This document shows positions 1 to 7,169 of a DNA stretch of 14,871 nucleotides, piece by piece. The notes beneath the pieces are model-generated. The model was not told the DNA's origin, ran no database searches, and saw nothing but the letters and a program-made list of their open reading frames with translations. Within the stretch, counting starts at the first letter, position 1. Each line of letters starts with the position of its first letter. Position numbers and translations under genes: made by a program. Source of the stretch: Myxococcota bacterium (GTDB taxonomy: Bacteria > Myxococcota_A > UBA796 > SXON01). The stretch spans positions 25,591-40,461 of the forward strand of contig JAZKFH010000070.1 of the NCBI GenBank assembly GCA_040386535.1. The letters run 5' to 3'.

Positions 1-70
1 AATCAGGAAGGCAGGAATAGAGGAAGGCAGGAAGTCGGAGGGGAAGTCGGGAGGAAGCCGGAAGGAACGA

Positions 71-126
71 GGAGGGGAGGCTGGAGAGGAGGCCGGAGAG
101 GAAGCCGGAGAGGAAGCCGGAGAGGA
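71..126. repeat. 12-bp purine-rich tandem repeat (GGAGAGGAAGCC, about 4.7 copies) within a GA-rich tract at 1-126
   Basis: Units at 71 GGAGGGGAGGCT, 83 GGAGAGGAGGCC, 95 and 107 GGAGAGGAAGCC, 119 GGAGAGGA; degenerate GGAAG-C/T-C/G units upstream. Confidence 0.8.
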
Positions 127-145
127 CACAGGGGTACAGTCAGCC

Positions 146-799
146 ATGCGCACCCGCCTCGGCCTCGCCCTCCTCGTGCTCCCCCTGGCCGCGTGCGGCG
201 TGACCGTGCGCCCCACCTGCGAGACCGTCTCCGAGACCGAGCTCGACGACGCCGAGATCTCGGGGCTCGGCTTCTCGGTCGACCAGCTCCTCGGCGTGGT
301 GGCGGGGGACCATGCGGCGGCCGGCACCTACGAGGACGGCACCTCCGCCGAGGTCGCGGTCGGCATCACGCGCGGCGCGGGCCCGGCGCGGCTGGTGCGT
401 ACGGAGAGCGCGAGCGTCCGCACCCCGAACGGGACGCTCTTCGGCGAGCAGATCTTGAACATCCACGTGACCTGCCACGACGTGGTGACCGTGCCCGTGC
501 AACTCCGCGTCGAGACGATCGACGGGGTGGTCACGTTCGACGAGGCGGCCGACGCTGTCGCCGCAGATGAAGGCGGGCTCGGCGACGTGACCGTGGCGGC
601 GCGGGTGCCCGCCGACGAGGCGGAGGGGCTGCTGCTCCCCGACCGGGAGAACCCCGTGTCGGCGTTCGCGGAGGCGCGGTTCCTGGACTCCGGCACCGCC
701 ACGGCCCGGCAGACCGGGCAGGTGGGCTGGGAAGGGGAGCACGAGAACGGCGTGTGGGCGCAGTACCTGCTCGAATGGGACAGCCCGATGATGCCGTAG
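146..799 (+). CDS. Hypothetical lipoprotein (217 aa)
   Basis: MRTR plus hydrophobic stretch plus lipobox LAAC; strong GC3 bias in this frame. Confidence 0.85.
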   Translation: MRTRLGLALLVLPLAACGVTVRPTCETVSETELDDAEISGLGFSVDQLLGVVAGDHAAAGTYEDGTSAEVAVGITRGAGPARLVRTESASVRTPNGTLFGEQILNIHVTCHDVVTVPVQLRVETIDGVVTFDEAADAVAADEGGLGDVTVAARVPADEAEGLLLPDRENPVSAFAEARFLDSGTATARQTGQVGWEGEHENGVWAQYLLEWDSPMMP

Positions 800-839
800 G
801 AGCGCGAGGTTCGGGGCGCGAGGTGCCTGGAGGGCGGCT

Positions 840-947
840 GGGCGCCCCGGCCGCCGGGGTGCCCGGCCGGTCCGTCCGGGCGCCTCGCCCGGACGACCGA
901 GGCGAAGCCGAGCCCGGAAGGGACCGGCCGGCGTCCGCGCCGGACGC
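840..947. repeat. Cluster of GC-rich hairpins between convergent genes (terminator/REP-like)
   Basis: GGGCGCCCCGG-CCG-CCGGGGTGCCC (from 840), CGTCCGGGCG-CCT-CGCCCGGACG (873-895), GCGTCCG-CGC-CGGACGC (931-947). Confidence 0.45.
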
Positions 948-972
948 GCCCGATCGGCCTACCGTCGAGCGA

Positions 973-1956
973 TCAGGGGTCGCACACCGCGTCGTCCGCC
1001 GGGGGGCCGTCCGCGCAGCCGGCGCAGTTCACGCCGTCGACCGGGGAGATGGTGAAGCCGCTGACCTCGGGGGCGAGGATCTGGTCGGCGTCCAACTCGA
1101 GGCAATACCGCTCGCCGTCGGGGCAGTCGCCGCAGCGGATGCCGGCCTGGACCATCAGATCGCACGCGGCGGAGGGGTTGCCCTCGTCACCCACGAGCAC
1201 GCCCATGCCGCGCGTGTCGAGCGTGCCGGAGAGGGTGCCGCCGGCGATGTAGGTGCCGTCGGCCGCGAAGGTGCCGGTGATGACCATGTCGGACACGGTG
1301 ACGGGCGCGCCGCCGACGGACACCGTCGCGACCGGCGCGGTGAGGTGGAAGTAGGGGGACTCGCTGAAGTCGGCGCCGGGCAGATCGGTGGTGGCGAGGC
1401 AGTAGTCCTGGGTCTGCGTCTCGGCGTTGGCGATGCTGCCGGCCTCGATCAGATCGAGCGTGCCGCTGTCGATCGAGACGACGCCGATGAGGAGCGGCTG
1501 CTGGGGCACGCTGGAGAGCACGAGGCTCATGCCCTCGGGCGAGACGATGCGCGCGGCGGCGAGGTCGAAGGACCACGTGCGGTTGAGGAGCGTGGACTCG
1601 TCGGCGAGCGGCGCGCCGTCGGCCGAGGTGGTGAACGCGACCTCGGTGTCGCCGGCGCAGGAGGCGAGCGTGGCGGTGTAGGCGGTGTTCTGCCCGAGCG
1701 GGGCGCTGGGCGTGTAGTAGACGATCGTGCCGTCGGTCGAGGTGCTCTGGACGCCCGCGAACGAGGCGCTCACGGTGGCGAGCGGGTCGGGGCTGGAGAG
1801 ATGGAACTCGACGGCCGCGCGGTAGTAGACGCCGGTGGCGGCGCTGGCGGGCACGGTCTCCTTGACGGTGACCTCGCAGGCGGGCGCGGTGTCTTCGGGA
1901 GCTTTGTCGCCCGAGCAGGCGGAGAGGGCGAGAACCAGGAAGGGGAGCAGGCGCAT
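973..1956 (-). CDS. Cys-rich lipoprotein with an N-terminal Ig-like (Big_5/SbsA-like) domain, 327 aa
   Basis: Start reassigned to ATG 1956 (MRLLPFLVLALSAC lipobox, GAGGTAAGG upstream); TVPASAATGV...VEFHLS...YTPSAPLGQNTAYTATL...FTT resembles a Big_5 fold; Cys-rich C-terminus. Confidence 0.8.
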   Translation of the reverse strand: MRLLPFLVLALSACSGDKAPEDTAPACEVTVKETVPASAATGVYYRAAVEFHLSSPDPLATVSASFAGVQSTSTDGTIVYYTPSAPLGQNTAYTATLASCAGDTEVAFTTSADGAPLADESTLLNRTWSFDLAAARIVSPEGMSLVLSSVPQQPLLIGVVSIDSGTLDLIEAGSIANAETQTQDYCLATTDLPGADFSESPYFHLTAPVATVSVGGAPVTVSDMVITGTFAADGTYIAGGTLSGTLDTRGMGVLVGDEGNPSAACDLMVQAGIRCGDCPDGERYCLELDADQILAPEVSGFTISPVDGVNCAGCADGPPADDAVCDP

Positions 1957-2224
1957 GCCGCACCTTACCTCGGGATCCGCGGGGCCGCCGTCGGGGACGG
2001 GCCCCGGGTTCATGGGCTACGCGGCGCCGCCGTCGGGCCCCGCGGCGTCCCCGCCGGGCACCTCGCCCGGCCCCGTCCAGCCGCGTCGCCGGACCCATGC
2101 CCTCCCGAGTGCACGTTTTGTCGAGTCATGTGGCCTCGAACGCCGGAAACAGGGGCGTCTTCGCGATCGCGCCACGGACCAAGCGGCACTATTCGCGCTG
2201 GCTTTTCCCCACGGACCCGGTTTT

Positions 2225-2280
2225 GCTCATTCACTGGGGCATGAGTCCCAAGTTGGCTCATTCACCGGGGGATGACTCCC
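2225..2280. repeat. Two 25-bp direct repeats (22/25 identical, 31-bp period), each containing CTCAT-N10-ATGA(G/C)
   Basis: GCTCATTCACTGGGGCATGAGTCCC (2225-2249) vs GCTCATTCACCGGGGGATGACTCCC (2256-2280). Confidence 0.75.
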
Positions 2281-2313
2281 GCGCGCCGTACTGACGCATG
2301 GCCACCCGCCGTT

Positions 2314-2404
2314 AGCGGCGCCGAGGCTGTGCCCGGTGATGAACAGCTCGGTGATGCTGGCCGAGGAGGGGCGCGTTGGCGGGCGGGAGCGCGGCGGTGG
2401 TCAT
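2314..2404 (-). pseudogene. Possible lipase class 3 / alpha-beta hydrolase remnant
   Basis: The minus strand reads SASITELFITGHSLGAA (GHSLG nucleophile elbow) at about 2314-2364, out of frame with an upstream ATG (2404, MTTAALPPANAPL) that has a GAGG RBS. Confidence 0.4.
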
Positions 2405-2514
2405 CGGGGCCTCGGGGAAGGGGGGGGATCCGAGGGTAGCGTGAGGTCCGCGAGGGTTCGGTCACGGGCGCTTTCAGGGAGTTACGCCGGAGGGCCACCC
2501 ACCCGGAGCCATCG

Positions 2515-2898
2515 ATGTCCCTGACCTCCTCCACCAGCACCATCTGGAACGATCACGTCCCCGTGCCCGGCACGCCCGAGGGCTTCACCGTCCGCACCAC
2601 GTTCCCGGGCAACGCCGCCGGCGTCGAGGTGATGCTGGAGCGGTGGGAGGCCGGCACCGCGGAGCCGCCGCACTCGCACCCGGGGGACGACATGACGGTG
2701 GTCGTGGAGGGGTCGATGGCGATCCAGTTCTTCGTGCGGGAGGCCGGCGGGCTGGTGCCGGACGGTGAGCCGGTCATCCTGCGGCAGGGAGAGACGGGCT
2801 ACGTCCGCGCCGGCCGCATCCACGACGCTCGTTATCTCGAGGCGTGCAAGCTGGTGTATGCGCACGATCGCGCGTTCGGGTTCAACGCCGAAGGCTGA
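2515..2898 (+). CDS. Cupin domain protein (127 aa)
   Basis: Cupin motif 1 PPHSHPGDDMTVVVEGSM and motif 2 GETGYVRAGRIHDA. Confidence 0.85.
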   Translation: MSLTSSTSTIWNDHVPVPGTPEGFTVRTTFPGNAAGVEVMLERWEAGTAEPPHSHPGDDMTVVVEGSMAIQFFVREAGGLVPDGEPVILRQGETGYVRAGRIHDARYLEACKLVYAHDRAFGFNAEG

Positions 2899-2919
2899 CG
2901 ATCGGGACAGGAACCGGCG

Positions 2920-3366
2920 CTACCCGGCCGCCTCGCAGCGATCACAGCGGCCGCGCAGCTGGATCGCGACCTTGCCGAGGCGCACGGACGCGGGGAGGGG
3001 GCCGGCCGGCACGGGGATGACCACGTCCGGCAGGCAGGCCACGTCCCCGCAGACGGTGCAGAGAAAGTGCGGGTGGTCGACGTCCTGGTGCCCGGCGACG
3101 GGCGCGCTGGCGAGCTCGTAGCGCCACACGTGGTCGCCCAGGTCGGCGCGGCGGAGGATGCCGACCTCCGTGAGGTCGACCAGGTTGCGGTAGAGGGTGG
3201 CGCGATCCCACCCGTCCTCCGCGAGCGCCGCCGTGATCTCGGGGTGGCTCGACGCGGAGGCGCGGCCGTGCAGCACCCGCAACACCGCGACCCGCGCCGC
3301 GGTGGCACGGAGCCCCGACGCGCGCAGCCGCTCGCGGAGATCGGCGTCGGAGGTGGTGCCGGACAT
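2920..3366 (-). CDS. Fur-family transcriptional regulator (Fur/Zur-like), 148 aa
   Basis: Start at 3366 (MSGTTS); LRASGLRATAARVAVL, DRATLYRNLVDL, HPHFLCTVCG, CDRC; the longer ORF to 3552 runs antisense through the tRNA. Confidence 0.92.
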   Translation of the reverse strand: MSGTTSDADLRERLRASGLRATAARVAVLRVLHGRASASSHPEITAALAEDGWDRATLYRNLVDLTEVGILRRADLGDHVWRYELASAPVAGHQDVDHPHFLCTVCGDVACLPDVVIPVPAGPLPASVRLGKVAIQLRGRCDRCEAAG

Positions 3367-3462
3367 GACGACCTCGGCCGGCGGCGACGAGCCCCGGGCC
3401 CCCAGCCTAACCCCGCATCCCCCCGACGCGCGCGCGACCGACGACGAAGTGCCCCGCGTGCC

Positions 3463-3491
3463 TTGACGTGGAGGAGGTGGTCGGATACTGT
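3463..3491 (+). promoter_or_regulatory. Sigma70-type promoter for tRNA-Pro
   Basis: TTGACG (3463-3468), 17-bp spacer, TACTGT (3486-3491), 9 nt before the tRNA. Confidence 0.65.
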
Positions 3492-3500
3492 GCGCACGTT

Positions 3501-3576
3501 CGGGGTGTGGCGCAGCTGGTAGCGCGCTTGGTTCGGGACCAAGAGGCCGCAAGTTCGAATCTTGTCACCCCGACCA
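3501..3576 (+). tRNA. tRNA-Pro, anticodon CGG, encoded CCA
   Basis: Acceptor CGGGGTG/CACCCCG, D arm GCGC-AGCTGGTA-GCGC, anticodon arm CTTGG-TTCGGGA-CCAAG, T loop TTCGAAT, ends ACCA; 76 nt. Confidence 0.97.
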
Positions 3577-3583
3577 CTGTTGT

Positions 3584-3630
3584 GAAGGCCCGTCAGAATC
3601 GAGAGATTCGGCGGGCCTTCCTCGTTTTCT
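3584..3630 (+). terminator. Rho-independent terminator downstream of tRNA-Pro
   Basis: GAAGGCCCGTC-A-GAATC-GAGA-GATTC-GGCGGGCCTTC hairpin followed by CTCGTTTTCT. Confidence 0.75.
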
Positions 3631-3654
3631 GGCCGAGGAGCGGTTCGAATCCGA

Positions 3655-4008
3655 TCAGGGGCCCCGGAGCCGGACGCGTACGCGATCAGGTTCAACGGTG
3701 AGAATCGCTCGTTGCTCGAGATCCTCGGCGTGGGCGTTGAGCACCTGGACCGCGGCAGGCCCTTGGTCTCGCGCACGGAGGCCAACGAGCCTGATGATGC
3801 CCGCATGCGGCGCGCCCTTCACGATCGCCAGCTCGCCGAAGTCCTTGTCGAGCGTCACGAGCACGCAGCCGTCGGCATGTGCGACGCCCAGGATCGCGCT
3901 GTCCCCTGGGTCGCCGTCCCAATCCCCAACCCACCGGACATCGTGCCCGGCGGCCGCGATGACCTCCCGCGCGCCGCCCCACACGCAGGAGTCGAGGAGC
4001 ACCCTCAT
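3655..4008 (-). CDS. DUF5615 family PIN-like toxin (VapC45-like), 117 aa
   Basis: MRVLLDSCV...AAGHDVRWV...DSAILGVAHADGCVLVTLDKDFGEL...HAGIIRL; ATGA overlap with the upstream DUF433 gene. Confidence 0.92.
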   Translation of the reverse strand: MRVLLDSCVWGGAREVIAAAGHDVRWVGDWDGDPGDSAILGVAHADGCVLVTLDKDFGELAIVKGAPHAGIIRLVGLRARDQGPAAVQVLNAHAEDLEQRAILTVEPDRVRVRLRGP

Positions 4009-4250
4009 GCGGCGGAGGGGATGATCCGCGGAGTGACCCGCTCATGCGCGACGAGCCTGCGCGCGTACTCCACGCAGGCGAGAACGTCCTCGCGCTCCAT
4101 CCACGGGTAGCCCTCGAGGATCGTCTCCACGTCGTCGCCTGCGGCCAGCATGCCCAGCACGTGCTCCACCGCGAGGCGGTGGCCGCGGATAATGGGCTTC
4201 CCGCCGAAGATGGCGGGGTTGATCGTGATGCGGTCGAGGAGATCGGACAT
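4005..4250 (-). CDS. DUF433 domain antitoxin (VapB45-like), 81 aa
   Basis: RITINPAIFGGKPIIRGHRLAVEHVLGMLAAG...ILEGYPWMEREDVLACVEYA is the typical DUF433 pattern. Confidence 0.95.
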   Translation of the reverse strand: MSDLLDRITINPAIFGGKPIIRGHRLAVEHVLGMLAAGDDVETILEGYPWMEREDVLACVEYARRLVAHERVTPRIIPSAA

Positions 4251-4376
4251 GTCAGCTCCCAGGGGAAGTGTAGTCTCCTCGGTCGCCCTTGTCGTCGTCG
4301 GCGTCGGGTACTTCCTTGCATGGTCGTGCTCTTCTCCGCCGCAGCCGCCTACGCGCGCTTCCGGCTACGTTGAGCC

Positions 4377-5729
4377 ATGGCGTCCGCCGGTCGACTCGCG
4401 CTTGCCGTCCTGACGCTCGCGGCGTGCGGGCGTGAGGAGGAGGCGTCGGCGCCCGACGCCGGCGCGGACCCCGCGCCGCCGATCTGGCCCGCCCCCGCCC
4501 CGCCCCCTCCCGAGCCTCGTGCTCCGGAGCCCCCGCCCACCGAGTTCTGCGACACCGACGGGTGGTGCCGCCCGTACGCGTTCCTCCCGTTCGGCACCGC
4601 GGCGGCGACCACCAACGCCGTCGCCATCGCGTCCTCGGAACTTGTCGCGCTCTGGGTCGACGGGCAGTGGCGCGGCGCATTTTCGGCGGAGGATGGCACC
4701 CGCGTCGCGACGGTTACCCGGGAGGGGGACACCCTTGGGATCGTCACCTGCGTCGAAGCGAGGTGCGAGCGCCGCGATTGGAGCGGTGCCACTTTCGGGC
4801 CACCTCTTCGTGTCGCGAGCGCCCCGAAGCAGACCCGGGCCCGGCGCCTCGGGGAGTGGCACATCGAGTACTCCACCCTGATCTCGCCGGCCGGCGCGAA
4901 GCTGCGCCCCCGCTCGGAACTGGGCCAGCGCTCCTGCGCGACCGAGTTCTATCTCGTCGGAGACGAGGACTCCCCTTTCGCGGTGTGCCGCCAATACACC
5001 TCACAGGCCCTCCACCACGTCGTGAACGGCGAACTCGTCACGCTCGTGCAGCCCTGGGCGACCAGTTGGGTGAACGCCGGCCCCGCGGCCCACCTCGGCG
5101 CCGGGTGCGAGCCGTGCTTCGTGACACAGGAGGGGCTCCTCGTCCACCACGCTGGACGGTGGGAGATCGCGGACATGTCGATCGAGGCGCTGGAGGCCGA
5201 GACTCCCCGAGGACCCCCGTACGACGGCGGCGGGATGACCATCCCGGGCGTGTCGATCGCGCGGGATGACCAACTCCAGGTCGGTGTGGGAGGCAAGGCC
5301 TGGACGTGGAACGGGAGCGGGTGGGAGCGGTCACGCCGCGATGGCCCCTGGGCCGACCGCCTCGAGGGCTTCCGCTGGGACGAGGACACACTCGCGTTCG
5401 TCACGCCGGACGCGCTGTACCTCGTGGCAGATGTCGGGAGCCGGCTCCGATACCGCCGGTGGGAGCGGTTCCTCCCCGCGGCAGCCGTGGAGAGGGGCTT
5501 CGCGTCGGTCAAGGGCGTCGCCGCCGACGACGTGCTCAACGCGAGGACCGGCCCCCATGCCGCAGCGGCGCTCGTCGCGGCGCTCCCGCCGGACACCCGC
5601 TGCGTGCGCCTGCTCGACGCCACCTCGAAGGTGTCCGGTCAGAAATGGCAGGCGATCGCGCTCGCGGACGGGCAGCGGGGGTGGGCGAATGGGCGGTACC
5701 TCGCAGCGGATCCGAGCTGTCCCCGGTGA
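4377..5729 (+). CDS. Lipoprotein with a Pro-rich linker and C-terminal SH3b domain, 450 aa
   Basis: Lipobox LAAC; PAPPPPEPRAPEPPP linker; C-terminal VKGVAADDVLNARTGP...WQAI...GQRGWANGRYL matches bacterial SH3. Confidence 0.8.
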   Translation: MASAGRLALAVLTLAACGREEEASAPDAGADPAPPIWPAPAPPPPEPRAPEPPPTEFCDTDGWCRPYAFLPFGTAAATTNAVAIASSELVALWVDGQWRGAFSAEDGTRVATVTREGDTLGIVTCVEARCERRDWSGATFGPPLRVASAPKQTRARRLGEWHIEYSTLISPAGAKLRPRSELGQRSCATEFYLVGDEDSPFAVCRQYTSQALHHVVNGELVTLVQPWATSWVNAGPAAHLGAGCEPCFVTQEGLLVHHAGRWEIADMSIEALEAETPRGPPYDGGGMTIPGVSIARDDQLQVGVGGKAWTWNGSGWERSRRDGPWADRLEGFRWDEDTLAFVTPDALYLVADVGSRLRYRRWERFLPAAAVERGFASVKGVAADDVLNARTGPHAAAALVAALPPDTRCVRLLDATSKVSGQKWQAIALADGQRGWANGRYLAADPSCPR

Positions 5730-6094
5730 CGCGGCCACCGCCTACCCTCGGAGCCCGTAGTGCATTGCGGTCCTGCTGCGGGTCCCGATCCGCGGCGTAT
5801 GCCCACCTCCTCGCCGGCCATCCGCTCGACGTACCCGAGGTACGCCTTCCCGGATGGCCGGCTGTGGGGGTGGCCCTCCGCTCGCGGCTCGTGCCCCTCG
5901 CGACGGACCGCACCGCCCGGCAGAGCCGGGCTATGCACTACGGGCTCCTATCCGCCGGCGCGGCCCGCGGCGGCCTTTGTGTTCGCCGTCTTCCTTGGCT
6001 GCGCTGGAGCCGGCAGAGCCTGCGGCCTCGGACTGAACTGCCCCTTGAAGGCCAGCATCTTCTCGGTGCCCCACCCCTTCGGGTCCAGCCACCA

Positions 6095-6125
6095 GGTTCG
6101 ATAACCATTCGGCCATCCCGACCAC
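6095..6125 (+). mobile_element. att-like site resembling the tRNA-Pro 3' end
   Basis: CATCCCGACCAC (6114-6125) matches tRNA 3566-3577 CACCCCGACCAC at 11/12 and is preceded by a T-loop-like GGTTCGA (6095-6101). Confidence 0.55.
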
Positions 6126-6129
6126 ATTG

Positions 6130-6175
6130 GATGGCGTAGAGTTCCCCCGCGCCATTCTACGCCATCTTCTTTTTT
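6130..6175 (+). terminator. Rho-independent terminator-like hairpin directly after the att-like site
   Basis: Perfect 11-bp stem GATGGCGTAGA/TCTACGCCATC, 15-nt loop, followed by TTCTTTTTT. Confidence 0.75.
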
Positions 6176-6319
6176 GGCACTCGCGAGTTCGGCAAGTGCA
6201 TCGACTGGCGCTTGCGGGCGAAGAAGGCCTCGTCGACGCGGCGCTCGAGCTTGTCCTCGCAGGCCTTGTCGAGCATGCGGCGGAGGCGGTCGTAGCGCCC
6301 GCGGGCATCCGCCCGGCGC

Positions 6320-6481
6320 GCCCGTCGCGTCGCCGGGCAGGGCGTCACGGACATCGCCGCCGAGCTCGACCTGACCGCGAGCACCGTGAGCACGCACCTG
6401 GCGAAGGTGAAGGCGAAGCTGGGCGCGGAGACGGTCCCGCAGATCGTGCGCTACGCGCACCGGGTGGGGCTGGTGGACGGA
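6320..6481 (+). pseudogene. LuxR/NarL-type HTH fragment (no N-terminal domain, no clear start)
   Basis: VAGQGVTDIAAELDLTASTVSTHLAKVKAKLGAETVPQIVRYAHRVGLV is a LuxR HTH pattern. Confidence 0.75.
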
Positions 6482-6547
6482 CCGCTGGCCGACTCCACAG
6501 TGACAGCGGCGCCGGCGGTGCAACCAATCCCGTGTCTCCGGGGCGTT

Positions 6548-6566
6548 GCGGGGGCGGAGCCCCCGC
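6548..6566. repeat. REP-like palindrome
   Basis: GCGGGGGC-GGA-GCCCCCGC, perfect 8-bp stem downstream of the C2 gene stop. Confidence 0.5.
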
Positions 6567-6599
6567 CCCAAGAACCAGGGTCGAACGTCCCGTCGCGTC

Positions 6600-7070
6600 C
6601 TATTCGTACATCCTGATGACGAAGGTGACCGTCCCCTGGTTGTCGAGGTTCATGGTGAAGATCTGATTGGTGTAGGTGATCTCCGACATATCGATCTCGC
6701 CCCGGCCGTACGTTTCGTCATCGAACTCGTTGCTCGTCCGCCACTTGAACGGCTTCGACGGATCGATGTCGGCGAAGAAGATTTCTTCGTTCCAGGTGGG
6801 ATTGTTGTCGCCCCACTGGATGGCGGTGACCTGGTGATCGCGCCACTGCTGGACCCGCACGTAGGGATTCTGATTCGAGCTCGAGCCGGCGATGTTGCTG
6901 GCGCTCACGATCTTCACGTAGAGGTTGATCCCCGAGGGCTCCCCGGCGTGGGCGGGGACCGCGAAGACCATCGCGACCGCCGAGGCGAGCCCCAGCAGCA
7001 AGTACTTCGCCGCCGTCCGTCGCGAAGCCATGGAACCCGTCCCGTTCTTGCCGTCGGTCGTCTTCATCAT
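6600..7070 (-). CDS. Secreted stand-alone C2-domain protein (156 aa; alternative start 7031)
   Basis: Signal peptide ending AVPAHA; LYVKIVSASNI, NPYVRV, NNPTWNEEIFF, YGRGEIDMSEI, GTVTFVIRMYE follow the C2 consensus; GAGGG RBS before 7070. Confidence 0.75.
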   Translation of the reverse strand: MMKTTDGKNGTGSMASRRTAAKYLLLGLASAVAMVFAVPAHAGEPSGINLYVKIVSASNIAGSSSNQNPYVRVQQWRDHQVTAIQWGDNNPTWNEEIFFADIDPSKPFKWRTSNEFDDETYGRGEIDMSEITYTNQIFTMNLDNQGTVTFVIRMYE

Positions 7071-7169
7071 TCTTGCCCTCGGTGGTGGACTGCGGGTTGC
7101 TCAAGTGCGCGCTGCGCGGAGCCGTTTTACGGATTTTCTCGGGCGTCGTCATCGAGCTCGAGTTGCCCG

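Larger units (their letters stand above)
5948..6315 (-). pseudogene. Large serine recombinase remnant (coiled-coil fragment fused out of frame to the C-terminal tail)
   Basis: RYDRLRRMLDKACEDKLERRVDEAFFARKR resembles the LSR coiled-coil motif (LDKAYEDKLDGxIDExFF). A second frame continues PVDALAELASAKKEDG...HPMWSGWPNGYRTWW to the stop at 5948. No catalytic domain is present. Confidence 0.65.

Noticed and set aside
754..2244. 496-aa plus-strand ORF and other long overlapping ORFs (8979-10550, 10462-12126, 12752-13876)
   Set aside because: Antisense or frame-shifted shadows of real genes in high-GC DNA; Arg/Gly/Ala-rich with no motifs
2832..3806. 324-aa minus ORF, and the extension of Fur to 3552
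   Set aside because: They read antisense through the tRNA (GRGDKIRTCGLLVPNQARYQLRH is antisense-tRNA translation)
4249..4413. Small membrane peptide (VVSSVALVVVGVGYFLAW)
   Set aside because: Overlaps the starts of both flanking genes, has no RBS and is unsupported
5740..5945. Short ORFs downstream of the SH3b lipoprotein
   Set aside because: No consistent codon bias or motif in any frame
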